From positions 20,026,001 through 20,090,000 of the forward strand of contig OX597818.1 in the NCBI GenBank assembly GCA_951406725.2: a DNA stretch of 64,000 bases, written 5' to 3'. The position numbers and the translations under genes are program-made. The DNA is from Octopus vulgaris. Taxonomy: Eukaryota. Below, one piece after another: positions 1 through 13,649 of this stretch (the first letter of the stretch is position 1; every line of letters starts with the position of its first letter). The notes under the pieces were generated by a model, which saw nothing but the letters and a program-made list of their open reading frames with translations, did not search any database and was not told the origin of the DNA.

Positions 1-235
1 ATACTTTGAGAACTTTAACATGAACGAAAAAGAGAAATTTACATTTTTATGAAACATGCTATCAGTTTCAGTAATTTTAAAAACAATTTGGTCATGCTGT
101 AAGTGAAGGGAAAATAAATTGAAAATTCTAAGAGTTCATGTATTTTTTTAACTAAAGTCACATAGTGCTAATAGTTGTTTCCTAGTGATTGTTGCTGGAT
201 CACAGTACTAGTAACAGCAATAGCTTTAGCAGTGG

Positions 236-276
<41 letters not shown>

Positions 277-1232
277 AGTGGGCAAGCTAGATGTAGTAGA
301 TAGCTTCCATTATCTAGGTGACCAAGTTAGTAGTGAAAGTGGATGTTCCAAGAGCATAGTCATGAGAATAAAATTAAGATGGACAAAGTTCAGAGCACTC
401 CTACCCCTGCTGACAACAAATGGCCTCTCTCTCAGAGTTGATGCTTGTGTGCGAACAGCTTTGCTACATGGCAGTGAAACATGGGCTCTGACAGCCAAGG
501 AAATGTGTAGGCTTGAAAGAAATGAAGCCAGTATGCTTCGCTGGATGTGCAATGTCAGTGTGCATGTTTGACAGAGTGTAAGCATCTTGAGAGAAAAGTT
601 AGGCATAAAAGGCATCGGATATGGTGTGCAAGAGAGACAACTGTGCTGTTATGGTCATGTGATAGATATGGATAAGGACAGCTGTGTAAAGAAGTTCCAA
701 TCTCTAACTGTGGAGGGAACCTGTGGTAAAGGTAAACCCAGGAAGACATGGAACATGGTGGTGAAGCAATGACTAGTGACCGAGACCTTTGACAATGTGC
801 TGTACTTGGTAGGATTCATCTAGCCAAGTGCATCTGTGCTGGTGGCATGTAAAGAACACCTCATGGAGACAAAGTGGCTGAGTTCCTTTCAAGCATTGGG
901 CCTCACGAAGGCAAAGTGGCTGAGTTCCTTTCAGATGTTGGGCCTCATGGAGGCAATGACCGAGACCTTTGACATTATGTCGTGCTTGAGAAGAAGACTC
1001 ATCAGGCCAAGCAAAATCAATGTCATGGCAAATACCAGTGTCTTGCAAATGGCACGTAAAAACACCCATTACACTCTCAAAGTGGTTGACATTAGGAAGG
1101 GCATCCAGCCATAGAACACCCTGCCAAATCAGACTGGAGTCTGGTGCAGCCTTCCAGCATGCCAGCCTGGTTGAACTGTCTAACCCATGCTGGCATGGCA
1201 ACAGACATTAAATGATGATGATGATGATGATG
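277..1232 (+). mobile_element. 5'-truncated RTE-clade LINE (RT C-terminus plus 3'UTR ending in (GAT)n)
   Basis: Peptides VVDSFHYLGDQV, CVRTALLHGSETW, MLRWMCNV and GKPRKTW are typical RTE RT C-terminal motifs. The 3'UTR has ~42-bp tandem units at 860-960 and a (gat)n tail. Confidence 0.88.
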
Positions 1233-1539
1233 TATGTATAATCAAAGCAACAGAAGCAGTATAAATACCAAAAGTTAAACTTTATCACCACTAAAAAGTG
1301 GATGCTGTATTAGAACACACAATATTGCAATATTTACTATTTCCTTTATGACAGTACATACTTTTTCTTGTCTGTCCCAAACAACAATATTCGGCATGTT
1401 ATGCTTACACTTGACAGACGTTCTAATGGGAATGTTCCACCAGTATTCTTTGAGTTGATGTCTGTGTTCAATAACAGGGTGATCCTTTATGTTTATTCCA
1501 TATGTATGTACATATATATATATATATATGACATGTTAA

Positions 1540-1841
1540 ATCATGCCGGTGACACGTTAAATGCCAGCGCCACCTGACTGGCGTCCGTGTCAGTGACATG
1601 TAAAAGCACCAACCAATCGTGGCCGTTTGCCAGCCTCCTCTGGCCCCTGTGCTGGTGGCACGTAAAAAGCACCCACTACACTCACTGAGTGGTTGGTGTT
1701 AGGAAGGGCATCCAGCTGTAGAAACACTGCCAGATCAGACTGGAGCCTGGTGCAGCCTCCTGGCTTCCCAGACCCCGGTGGAACCACCCAACCCATGCTA
1801 GCATGGAAAACGGACGTTAAACGATGATGATGATGATGATG
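1540..1841 (+). mobile_element. RTE-tail SINE or LINE 3' end
   Basis: Same tail as the preceding element (ggaagggcatccagc...gcatggaaaacggacgttaaac(gat)n). Confidence 0.8.
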
Positions 1842-2439
1842 ATATATATTAATGCTTGTTTTTATTTGAGTTACATTAAACAGAAAGATTATTCAATAAT
1901 TTTTGTAGAGTACCCATTTACAAGAATAGTGTTGACATTAACTTCAAAGTTTCAGCTTGTTTAACCTACATTGGACAGTTCAATGAAAGCTAAGCAGACT
2001 AAACTGCTAGACTATTCTTGTAAAAGAATAATATATACGTGTGTGTATGTTGTGCTTCCATTGTCTTGATAAGTGTGCACTAATTGTAAACACAAAAATC
2101 ACTGTTACACAAAAAGAGTATTTTTTATTTTTACAATCATCATTGAATGATTGTTGGCCAGCCATTGAACTGTTCACTGTTTGAAGGTCAAGAAGAAATA
2201 TCTTTCTTGTAAACATTTGAATTTGGTGACAGGAGAAGCATCTGACTGAGAAAACTCTGCTTCAACAACTGTGCAACTGATGCAAGTATGAAAAAGTGGG
2301 CATTAAAATGATGGTTATGATATACATATGTACAGTGTGTATGGGCTAAATTTGACAGTTTGCATAAAATGTAAAATAAAACACAATATCCCATCCAAAA
2401 ATAAAGGTATTTTAAAAAATCGAAAGATATCAACTGATT

Positions 2440-3000
2440 GACAATAGTTTACTCAAAATAGCTGCACTCAGCATCCACCAAGGCCTCAAGATGCATCCAG
2501 AACCTGTAGCATGCAATCCTTACTGTGTCCTTGGCAAGATCTTGGCCTTCAGTTCAGTCTTTGTGTTGCAGGTAGAGTAGTTATTTTCTTTCTCAACTAT
2601 GCCCCACACATAGTAATCCATGGAATTACAATCAGGGGAATTAGGAGGCTAGGAATTGGGGCTGCTGAAGTCATAGAAATTCTCCAATAACTATTTCTAA
2701 CTTATCCAGAGCTATGGCAAGGGGCCAAATCCTGCCAGCACATAAATGGCCTTCCAAGAGCAACCCTCTCAAGCCAGAATTTGACCACTATCTCTAGCAG
2801 TTCCACATAGCCATCAGAATTGAGCCAAAGGCTCTGTTTAATGATGTGGGGCAGCAATACTAGCCTCAGTGGAGACACATACAAAGACCATCACAGTTTG
2901 GGGAAACTTGGTTTTCATGATGTCCATGTCCCATCTTACAGCCTTTACAGTGTTCACAGAGCTTTGAGCAGCAGCCACCTGACATGAATCATCATGATAC
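2440..3000 (-). mobile_element. Decayed Tc1/mariner (DD37D/maT-like) transposase fragment
   Basis: Minus-strand peptides RPFMCWQDLAPCH and PPNSPDCNSMDYYVWGIVE, with stops and frameshifts. Confidence 0.75.
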
Positions 3001-3166
3001 AGGTAACTCTTTTCCAATATTCAAATAACTCCCGGTTCTTCTTGTCAGCTACCTTTTTCCCAGCTACAAGCTCAATCTTCATGCTCTCCACTTCCATTGA
3101 CTGTTTACCAATACATCAAGCTGTTCCCGAAAAAAGGAAACATAAAGAATTATATTTAGCCCAAAC

Positions 3167-3167
<1 letters not shown>

Positions 3168-3225
<58 letters not shown>
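3168..3225. repeat. (TG)n microsatellite
   Basis: Perfect dinucleotide run. Confidence 0.97.
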
Positions 3226-3233
<8 letters not shown>

Positions 3234-4453
3234 ACATAGATATGTTCTTAACTGACCAACAAATTCTTATAACCAACTTTCAAATGGAGAATCATGTTTT
3301 AAGTCTTTGAATTCTAAAGGGAGGGTGGCCATAGAAGAAAAAAGATATAAAGTGCTTCATTTGGTTAACTACATCCATGTGATTATGGTTGCTCTCAAAC
3401 AACAGCAACCATAATTAATCAAAATCTGAAAGAAATTTAAACAAGTTAAAACAGAGTAAGAAGGATTACAATCAACCAAACAGAGAATGAAAAATTCAGG
3501 AGAGAACATATGGCTGACTGAATAAGGTCCTGGACAAATCAAGGGGTCAGAAGTTTATACTCTCACTGGTACTGCATTGTGTTGCTGACTGAAATACTTA
3601 ACTTTCAAATAACCCAGTCTAATTAACTGTAAATAGATAGCCACAAAATAGGAACAAATCACTGGTTGTAATTTCCATGCAGTTGGTTGACTTGTTAGAA
3701 ATAAATCAACTCTTACTCAAATTGCACCCTATAATAGAGTAGTTCCTTATATACAAAAAAGAATGGATGGTCACAGCTAAAGCATCTTTGATCACAGGTC
3801 AGCTCAATGAAGGTTGACTTGAGACTAATTTTATAGTAATGCTAACAATAACCAGAATAGTTCTGGTCAGTGGTAGTCAATTGTTTATTAGGTTGCAGCT
3901 ATTTTTATTGATCAACAATGCTGTGGATAAAGCTAAAAATGGTGATAGGCCTGATTTACCCATATTATACTACAATAAGGGACATTGCCCTTTCTTTTAT
4001 GTTTTTACTGGTTTCAGTCATTTGTCTGTGATCATTCTTAGGCACCAACCCATTAGTTAAGGGACTGAAGAGATTGACAGTTCACATATTGTACAGATGG
4101 TGATATGCTTTGGTAATGATGACCAAACTAACTTTTAACTATTTCTCCCTGGTCTACTCCACCCGGATGTAAATAAAATGCAGTGAGATTGAACTTAGCA
4201 TTGTACACATGGGGCACTGTAAGAGTAACAAGCATCTTGTTATCTCTGTGTGCTAAGTTCAAGTCTACTGTGTGGCACTTTGTTTTCTACTGTAGCACTA
4301 GGTCAACCAAAGTCTTGCGAGGAAATTTGGCTGAGGGAAGCTAAAAGAAGCTTGTATATGTATATATATCATTTAATGCACACAGTGTTTAAATGATATT
4401 TATTTCTCACTGGATGGGGTACTTTATTTATTGATCCTACCTATAATCGAACA

Positions 4454-4489
<36 letters not shown>

Positions 4490-4936
4490 CACAAGAATAT
4501 CAAATTCCTCCCATGTGGCACGCTTGAACAATTGTGGAAATTTCTTCATATGAAATCATTGGTTGCCTTGTTAACCCACAAATAAAGTGTGTGTGCATGT
4601 ACATATAGAAATATATCAAAGGGAGAATTTATTCTCCTATGACATACACTGCAGTGACTAGCATATTTTGCATCTGAATCTGCTTAGGCATGTTTAGATT
4701 TTGCTGTATACTGTAAAAATAAAAAATTTTTTTACTGGTTGACAAATATAAGAATCAATCAGAAAATTTGTTCACTGAAAGTTTAAACAAAGCCAGGGGC
4801 TTTATGTAGGCTCAAGGTTCTAGCTGTTTCAAGCTGATAAAACACATATTGAAACACCAGTGTCCCAAAATGTGATGTGCCAACATGCTGAATGTGTTGA
4901 ATACACTGTTGTTGTAAAAGGGAGAGATTATTAATA

Positions 4937-5262
4937 GGCACAGGTGTGGCTGAGTAGTAAGATGGTTGCTTCCCAACCACATGGTTCGAGGTTCAGTCTC
5001 ACTGCTTAGCACCTTGGGTATGTAACTTCTACTCTAGTCTTCTACTTGAGTGGTTTTGGTAGACAGAAATTGAAAAAAGCCCATCATATATATATGTATA
5101 TATCTATGTATGTGTGTGTCTTTGTATTTGTCCTCCCCATCACTGCTTTACAACAGGTGTTGGTGTGTTTATATCCCCATAACTTAGTGGTTCAGCAACA
5201 GAAACTGATATAATAAGTACTAGGGTTAAGAAATGAGTCCTGGGCCAATGACTGAAACAAAT
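4937..5262 (+). mobile_element. tRNA-derived SINE, family A
   Basis: Head ggcacaggtgtggctgagtagtaag...ggttcagtc with A/B-box-like motifs, body gtagacagaaa(c)tgaaagaagccc, tail aatgactgaaacaa. Many copies in the window. Confidence 0.8.
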
Positions 5263-5496
5263 GAAAGAATGTGTGTGTATGTGTGTGTGTGTGTGCACAT
5301 GCATGCATGCTTGACTGTTTCCTTACCATACCATCACATGATAGCTCTTAGCGAGAGTCATTGTCTTACCAGTGGTCTTCTTTGTTTCCAATCTTCAGTA
5401 AAAATATGTCTGGCCATTGGGAAATATCTTCCTTGGAAACAGGTAAGTATTGAAGACAAGAAGGACATCCAGCTGTAGAAAATCTTTACTTCACTT

Positions 5497-6230
5497 CATA
5501 CTCTTGCTTGATGAGGTTGGGGTCATTTTTTCAGGTTAGTGATCCCAGAAACATCATCATGTATAGAGCCAACCAAGTCCACCAGTGCTCTCCATCACTG
5601 GCAGTCCCATGCTAGCACATCTGCATCATCCATGGTGATATTGAGCCTCTGGAGATCTTTCCCAATCATATCTGGCCATTTGGTGTAGGGTCTGCCATGA
5701 AGCATCTTCCAGCCTGCAGCTGTTGCATCGAATGAGAGTAAAGCTCTGCTAGAATGATCTAGAAGACAAAGTTCTTTGTTGGAAACACAAAGGTACTATA
5801 TAATGTTCTCGATGGTTCTCAGGATTCTGCAATTAAAGCCATTGATCCTCTTTGCCAGGGTCATGTTTCTGCTCCATAGAAGAGAATGGAGAGGGCTGAT
5901 GTGTTGTAGTTGTGGAGCTTCATCTTCCATGAGACAGAGCAGTGGCATCAAAGGGGCTTCCATAAGGAGTACATGAACCTGGTAGCCAGACCACATCTGT
6001 GGTTGTCTCCAGGGTCAGGTGTCCATTGTTGGTGACTGTGGAGCTCAAGTAGATGAAGGAGCTGACAAACTCTAAGACATCAGGGTCAGTATTGAGAGGG
6101 GGAAGGTCCAAGCCATCTCCAACATGCATCAGCTTCATCTTTGCCCAGCTCACCTGAAAGCCAAGCTTTGCCAATTCTCTTTATATGGTCAGTATGTCCC
6201 TGAACTGGTTGAGTTGCTGATGATGATATA
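5497..6230 (-). mobile_element. Decayed RTE-type LINE RT fragment
   Basis: KLGFQVSWAKMKLM...EFVSSFIYLSSTV is the RT thumb region of RTE elements; broken reading frame. Confidence 0.75.
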
Positions 6231-6659
6231 AGGTACTAATGGTCAACCTGAAGCTAGAGCAGAAGATACTTGCTGAAAGTGCCAAGTAGAGGAATGAACT
6301 CAAACCCACATTGTTGAAAATTTCATGACCATAGCCATGTATGTGTGAAATGTTGACATTCTATGTCTTTGCATGTCACCAAATGGGCAAAACATGGGCA
6401 AAAATGTTTCTGTATGGACATTATAACTGGTTGTTCTGAATTTTCAAAACTAATGAAATAGAAATCCCTCATTTGAAAAAACAGGTAAAAATTGGCAACA
6501 GGAAAGGTGTCCAGAAGTAAAATGCTGCCAGAAATATGCTCCTGTCCAATTCATGCTACCTTTTAAAAACAGATGTTAAGTGAATAAATGAATGTAGACA
6601 AATGTAATTAAATACCATTTCTGTCACTTCACTATTGCTTTTACAATAATCATTCCTTC

Positions 6660-7450
6660 TAGTTTGAACCAGGAATTTTTGGAGGAGAGGGGAAAGTCGA
6701 TTACATTGACCCAGTACAAAACGGGCTTTTTTTTTATCAATCCCAGAGGGATGAAAGGCTAAGTTGATCCTGGTGATATTTGAAGCCAGAGTATAAACAG
6801 CCTGAAGAAATGCTGCTTAACATTTTGTCTGATGCTCTAAAGATTTTGTAAGCTTTTCACCTCAGTTAATAATAGTTTCTAACATAGGTACATCAGAAAT
6901 TTTGGGGGAGCAGATAGTCAGGTATATCAATCCCAATGTTTGACTGGTATTTTACAATTCTGGATGGAAAGCAGGCAAAATTAAGCCCAAAAGGATATGA
7001 ACTAAGAATGCAAAAGAACATGATTCAATACCACAAGGTATTTCTTCAGGTATTCAGCCAATTCATTGCCCTAATGATAATTGTTTTTAATTAAGACACA
7101 AGGTCAGCAATTTTGAAGAGAGAGCAGGGTTAGTTGATTATCTTGGCCACCATGCTAAAATTGGTTTTTTTTCTATTGATGCCAGAGGGATAAAAGGTGA
7201 AACTGACCTTAATGGTATTTGAACTCAAAATATAAAAGAGTAGAAACAAATGATGCAAAGCATTTTTTCTGATGCTCTACCACTGTTTAAAAAACAAAGT
7301 TGACTTTGGTACGATTTGAACTTGGAAAGCAAAACGCTGGAACATGTACCACAAGGTATTTTGCCCAATACTCCAGTAATTCTGCCAATCACTCTCCTAT
7401 TAAGTAATGATTTCTGATTTAGGCACAAGGCCAGCAACTATTTAGAAGAG
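6660..7450 (-). mobile_element. Tandem cluster of decayed MetaSINE-like elements
   Basis: Repeated ~230-bp units carrying ggatgaaaggc(t)aagttga...tttgaactc, the reverse complement of the SINE at 61866. Confidence 0.7.
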
Positions 7451-8042
7451 GGACTGGACTATTAAATTAACTCTTTCAGACCTGAGCCCATGTCTAACTT
7501 TACCCTCCACCTGGGCCCTTGAGCAAAAAAATAAATAGTTGCATACACATCTCAAGTGTAATGGTTGCAGACAAACTAATGGACAGAATCACACAGAAAA
7601 ATAAAAATAGTAATGATTCAAAATTACAATAGGCCTATCTCTCAACCACAGAATTTGTTCACCCTAAATGCTACTTTTTCCACATTTTAACTGGTTTCAT
7701 TGTCCAAATCACTTTCACTGTCTGCATAAGGGTAAACTTGTTGAAATTCTTGCTCATCCTAATTGCAAGAATAAATATCATCAATAATTTCAACTGTAAA
7801 AAGTCTAGACTTTGCTTGTTTACCAGACTAAGTGCTAGGTTCATCACATGCTTATTTCATTGCAAAAAAAAAAAAAATCTGATTTTTCAATTACGAAAAG
7901 AAGTAAACAGCTGCTGTGGGGGAACATCATTAACACACTTGTCTACAAAGCTGCAATGGGATTGGTTGTCTAATTTTAGTATTTTATCTTCTTTTTCTAT
8001 TTGTTGTTAATTACCACTGTAATGGGAATCTGGCAGAGATGA

Positions 8043-8790
8043 CGAGATGTTATCAAAAAGTTCCATGGAAGGGATTTTCAGTAAGCAAGTTGACCTTCTG
8101 TGATTCATTCATGATCTTGACAACAGTTTTAAAACAGCAACCTTTGAGCTACATTTTCATCTTGGGGAAGAGATAGAAGTCTGCAGGTGCTAAATCTGGT
8201 GAATAAGGTGAGTGCAGAAGCAATACCATGCTGTTTTTGGCAAGAAACTCAGGAGTGAGGAGAGCTCAGTGACAGGGTGCTTTGTCATCATGAAGAATCC
8301 AATTCTTTGTGCTCCACAGATTCAGTCGCTTACGCCAAATGTCCTCCCCTCTCTCAAACACTTCAAAACATCATTGATTGTCCTCCAATGATCATCATGC
8401 ACAAACTGATGAATTTTCTTCACATTTCAGTGGGCAAAGCTTGTAGCAGGTCTACCAGGAATGTTCTTCCACTTTTCAAGCACCCGTGCTACTAAAAACA
8501 TTGCATACAACCCATTGCCTCAATGACTCTGTAGCAAACTTCCCAAGTTTAAGGCAAAATTTCACATTGGCTTTTTGTTCTAATTTCCTGTCTATGACAA
8601 AAATCACAGACTACAGCTTACATGTGATCACAAAAACACAAATTTCACAACTTGTAATGTAAATACAGTAATGTCACTCGGCACACTGCCACATGACGGT
8701 CACTGTTAGCTCTCACTGTGCACACAACAGTGTGCTGCCATCTGCTGGTGCACTACAGAACTAGTCCAGGAACTTTTTGATACCACCTCA
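8043..8790 (-). mobile_element. Internally deleted mariner element with both TIRs
   Basis: TIRs gagatgttatcaaaaagttcc and ggaactttttgataccacctc. The minus strand encodes HSPYSPDLAP (8186-8215). Confidence 0.85.
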
Positions 8791-8839
8791 TGTGTTTAGG
8801 TCATTCTCACTATAGCAGGAATAAGATGCAACAGGGTTA

Positions 8840-10439
8840 ACCAAGTAATGGACTGGTATGTTATTTTATCAATCCCAGACGGATGAAAAACAGAGTTGGC
8901 TTTGTCAGGATTTGAACTCACAATGTAAAGAGCCAGAAGAAGCCCTCTCAAGATACCTTTTTTTTTTCTGATGCTCTAACAATTCTGCTAAACCAAAAGA
9001 CCTGAAATTTCAGGGAGTAGATTAATCAGTTATATCAAATCAGTACTTGACTGGTGCTTTATTTTACTGGTCCTAGAGAGACAAAAGGCAAAAGTTGACT
9101 TTGGCAGGATTTGAACTCAGAACATAAGGGACCAAAAGAAATACAGTAAGATATTTCCTCTAACACTTTAATGATTTTGCCATCCCACCACTTTAAAAAA
9201 AAAAGATTAATGCAAGAAAATAACAATGAATTGTAAAATAATGATAAAGACAAAGTGTGAATATACTGACAAACCAACTTTATTTGTTAGTCCTTTTATT
9301 AATCTTAAATAACAATAAATATTAACAAAAGATAAGTTAATGGAAAGTATAAAAGAATGGAATGTGTTCAGTTGGAACACAGATTACGCAGAAGTTGGAG
9401 GTTTGATTAAGTGAAAGAAGTTAGTGGAAGAATTAGACAGGTATGTTAATTATCATTAATAAAATGTGAAGTAATGTTAATTATTTTCACAATAAGTGAG
9501 TATGGTTGAGTTGAGACAAGTGATACCTCTCTCACTTGTAATAATTTAGGTAAATTGCATCAATAAACCTCCTACGATTACCAAATTATGGAAAAAAAAA
9601 AAAAGAGCAACAACTCTGTAATTTATCCTACAAAATTTAATTACAATAAGAGGAAGACCTGGAAGAAGAAACAAACAGATGTTATTGTCTTGAATGTGGC
9701 CCAATCCCATTTCCCAGTTTTCAGCAATGCAACAGTGCTAATAACGTTACCCATTCTGCCAAGCAATAATAATAAAAATGATTTCAAATTTTGGCACAAG
9801 GCCAGCAAGTCCAGGGGAGGTGCTTATTTTATTGACCCTGAAAGGATGAACGGTAAAGTCGACTCTGGTGGAATTTGAACTCAGAGCATAAAGATGAACG
9901 AAATGCTGCTAAGCATTTTGCCTGGCATACTAACGATTGTACCAGCTCACGACTTTAGTAGTAGTAGTAGTAATAATCATTTCTACTGAAGGCACAAAGC
10001 CTGAAATTTTGGAGGAGGGGACTAGTCAGTTACATTGAACCCAATGCTTAACTGGTACTTATTTTATCAACCTGAAAGGATGAAAGGCAAAGTCAACTTC
10101 GGCAGAATTTGAACTCAGAATGCAAAAACAGATGAAATGCCACTAAGTATTTTGCCCAGCATGCTAAACACTTTTGCCAGCTCGCCTTATTAATAATAAT
10201 TATAATAAAAATGCTTTCTACTATAGGCACAAGGCCTGAAATTTTGAAGGAAGGGGCTAGTCAGTTAGATCAACCCTAGTACTAACTGTTAGTTATTTTA
10301 TCAACCCTGAAAGTACGACAAGCAAAGCTGGCTCCAGCGACATTTGAACTCAGGATGTAAAGCCAGAAAAATTGCTGTATGCTGTCAACTCTGCCAGCTC
10401 ACACCTCTATATAATGATGATGATGATGATGTTTTAAAA

Positions 10440-10480
<41 letters not shown>

Positions 10481-10765
10481 TAATAAATAATAAATAATAA
10501 TAATGGTTTTTTAAATGTTGATACCACATATGTTCAAAGCCATAAATTGTGGAATGAAGTGAGTTGATGACATCAACTCCAGTATGTGACTGACAACTTT
10601 ATTTTATAGACCATGGAAGAATGAAAAAAAAAAACGGCTTTGTCGATCCTGGCATGATTTGAACTCAGAACAAAAAACAAATATTACTAAATAAATAAAA
10701 AAAAAAAGATACTCCACAGCATTTTGCCTTGTGTTCTTCTGATTCTGCCATTGACCATCTTTAAC
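8840..10765 (-). mobile_element. Second head-to-tail cluster of MetaSINE-like elements downstream of, or in the 3'UTR of, FAM177A1
   Basis: About six units with attgaccc.gaaaggatgaaaggcaaagtc.ac...atttgaactcag, separated by (TAA)n/(TAG)n runs and a unique stretch near 9200-9770. Confidence 0.75.
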
Positions 10766-10875
10766 AGTAGTGATGATGATAATGATGATGATGCTGTTAA
10801 TGTATGAGGGTAGGGAGTAGGGAAAAGGCAGACAAAAAAAAGAAAGAGCAAAAGAAAAAATATCAAGAGATAATA

Positions 10876-10916
<41 letters not shown>

Positions 10917-10959
10917 TAATAATAATAGTTAAGTAAAAATTAACAAAGATGTGTTATGC

Positions 10960-11097
10960 TCAAAATTTATCAAGATTTTCATAATCTTGAGTTGGAGGAT
11001 TTTCAGACACATTCTTGGAAGCTGGTGGAGCAGTTACTGGTTCACTGCTAGTTTTTACTGAATGAAGTCTTTCTTTCTCAGTATTAGTTTTCTCTTC
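10960..11097 (-). CDS. FAM177A1: FAM177A1 last coding exon (EEKTNTEKERLHSVKTSSEPVTAPPASKNVSENPPTQDYENLDKF*)
   Basis: Acceptor tttctgtcttttacag; 138 nt open in phase 0 to TGA at 10960-10962. Continues the acidic region after exon 4. Confidence 0.85.
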   Translation of the reverse strand, partial: EEKTNTEKERLHSVKTSSEPVTAPPASKNVSENPPTQDYENLDKF

Positions 11098-11254
11098 CTG
11101 TAAAAGACAGAAACATTGAGATTTTATTAAATAATTGAAATTTTCCTTTCTTCTTCTTTTTTTTTTTTTTTTGCAGTTGCTGTCATTCAGATATAAAACC
11201 CCTCACTCCTTCCACCTATTCCTCAGAGAAAATCTATAAGCTATATATCTTTTT

Positions 11255-11547
11255 GTGGAGGCACATGGCCCAGTGGTTAGAGCAGCGGACTCGCGGTCAA
11301 AGGATCACGGGTTTGAATCTCAGACCAGGCGATGTGTGTTTATGAGCGAAACACCTAAGCTCCACGAGGCTCCGGCAGAAGGTGATGGTGAACTTCTGCT
11401 GACTCTTTCATCACAACTTTCTCTCACTCTTTCCTCTTGCAGCTCACCTGCAACGGACCGGTGTCTCGTCCAGGTGGGAAACCTATACGCCAAGGAAACC
11501 AGGAAACTGGCCCTTATGAGCCAGGCATGGCTTGAGAAAGAACAAAC
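11255..11547 (+). mobile_element. tRNA(Arg)-like SINE with 12-bp TSD
   Basis: Head gtggaggcacatggcccagtggttagagcagcggactcg...ggtttgaatc. TSD atatatcttttt at 11243-11254 and 11548-11559. Confidence 0.9.
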
Positions 11548-11584
11548 ATATATCTTTTTAAATTAATTAAGATCTTTTATCATT

Positions 11585-12080
11585 TACCTTTTACTCATTT
11601 TGATCATTGGACAGTGGTCATGCTGCATCTCAAAAGGTTTAATCAAACAAAATAACCACAGGATTAATTTTTTTAAGTTTGGTACATATTCTATTCATCT
11701 CTGATACCAAACTGCAAAGTTATGGAGATGTAAAGAAACCAACACCAGTTTTCAAGCAATGGTGGTGATATTGGTGGCGAAAAGCCACACACTCACACAT
11801 ATATACACATGCATACAAACTTCAAAGACCAAAGTGGAGAAAGGTTCTGTACCAAAGGCAGTTAAGCATGGGTCAGTTGGTCTTAAGAAGCAGGCGAAAG
11901 CTTCCATGATGGTGCCGGATCCATCGTAGGAATGCACAACAGATAATGATGATGATGATGACAGCTTTCATCTAGCACATCCACTCAGAAGACACCTGCC
12001 CAAGATGCCATACAATGGGACTGAACCCAAAAGCACACAGTTGTAGAGTGAGCTTGTAAACAACACAGCCATGCCTGTGC
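11585..12080 (-). mobile_element. Family A SINE, decayed and interrupted
   Basis: Reverse complement of the family A head (gactgaaccc...acacagccatgcctgtgcc) and tail. Confidence 0.65.
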
Positions 12081-12232
12081 CAACAGTCAAGTGCAAAAAA
12101 AAAAAAATAGTGGTGGACAGTAGAGTGCCAGACTAAAAGGCTAAGAGCATTCAGTAGCATTTTGTTGTCCCCTTTGAATCCTACCTGAATAGACTTTACC
12201 ATCAAATCCATGCAGATAGATAAAATACCAGA

Positions 12233-12703
12233 AGAATTTTGGTTTAAGCACCTCATATAACCCTTCATAACTTGTGTTCTACATGCAGGAATTCATATGA
12301 ATATAAAAAAAATATTTCTTTCAATTTTTAATCCTAAAACTCCCACTCTTTTAGAAATGTTTTTTTAAAAATTAGAGTTTAAAATATGGACAGTCCGAAT
12401 TTTTTTGCTTAAATCCCAGCAATGGAGCACCCTTGGGTGCATCATCATTTCATTAAATGTGTAAACGGGGAGAAAAATATTGAAAAACATCAACACATGT
12501 CAGAGTGACAAAGAAACAAAAAAGATATCAGGTGGTCATGAGATGTGCTAAAATAACAGCTAAATAGTCCCTAAATCACACAATTTTATTTTGCATAATC
12601 ATATGAATTCCCATGTATAGAACACAAATTCACAAAAATTTTCTGAAAATTCCAAAAAGTAAAAAAGGTGAGGGGTTATATGCAATGCTTGAACCAGAAT
12701 TCT
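12233..12703. mobile_element. MITE with ~70-100 bp terminal inverted repeats
   Basis: agaattttggtttaagca...ataacccttca...gaattcatatga is mirrored by tcatatgaattc...tgaggggttata...tgcttgaaccagaattct. Confidence 0.7.
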
Positions 12704-13649
12704 GCCAAAATACACGTCAATAATATATTGGGATTGATAAAATTGATTGCACACTTTTTTCAAAACTTGAAATGTTAGGAATTATATATTATTAAATTCA
12801 GTGAAAACGATAGGCAGCGATTTGCTCTCAAGACCTATGATTTTACTGTTAGTTAACATTTTCATTTGGTAACACCCCTTCAACTGTACCAAGAGAAAAG
12901 ACATGAACCCTCAATTTTTAAGTCAGTATGCTAGCATTCCTACTGACTCAGTAAACTTTGACCTGGGACAAGCACAGAAAACACAATTTCTAATCACTTG
13001 ACACATGCAGCCATATCTCCTACAAGCTATACTTAAACATATATACAAAAAGGAAGAGCACATCATATGTAATGTTGTCTGATTTGCAATATTTTTCTTC
13101 AGATATAAAAGATAGGAAGGTCATGGCTGGAATGCCTTTGATAACAGGTCTGCTAACCTGGGGTTAAATGACAACAACTCTACTACCTGTAACTATAAGC
13201 CAACAAGGTGACCTCTATGCAGTTGTTTGACTTCATGTTTGGAAAATTTATGTGTTGGTCAAGAATAAAATACTTCTGGTCAGTCAGGACTGATTTGAGT
13301 CTAAACAAGACAAATGTAATGTGTTCTTGTTTAGTCCCAGCTCAAACTCGAATGAGAAAATGTATGATTAAAGGTGTTCCGGTTGTGAATAACCTCTTTT
13401 TATTTGTGTATCATAGTGTATATTGTTCAATGTAGGAAGGTATAATTTGAGGTTAATTTGGCTACTCTTTCTAGCAGGTCGAACTGTGGAGAGTCTCTCT
13501 CATTTTAGTTTTAGCATGTGGCACAACAAACTCTGCAACAGGGTTGCCTAAGCTTGAACACTTGTGATCTACACATGTATATAAGCTGCCACTATGAAGA
13601 AAGAAAACAAAAAGTATATGGGTTGGGCTGTGGTGAAAAGGTTACTTAC

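Noticed and set aside
11255-11330. tRNA-like sequence (also 42725-42800 and 33664-33735)
   Set aside because: These are SINE heads. They continue into repeat bodies, two of the three have TSDs, and none has a proper acceptor stem or terminator.
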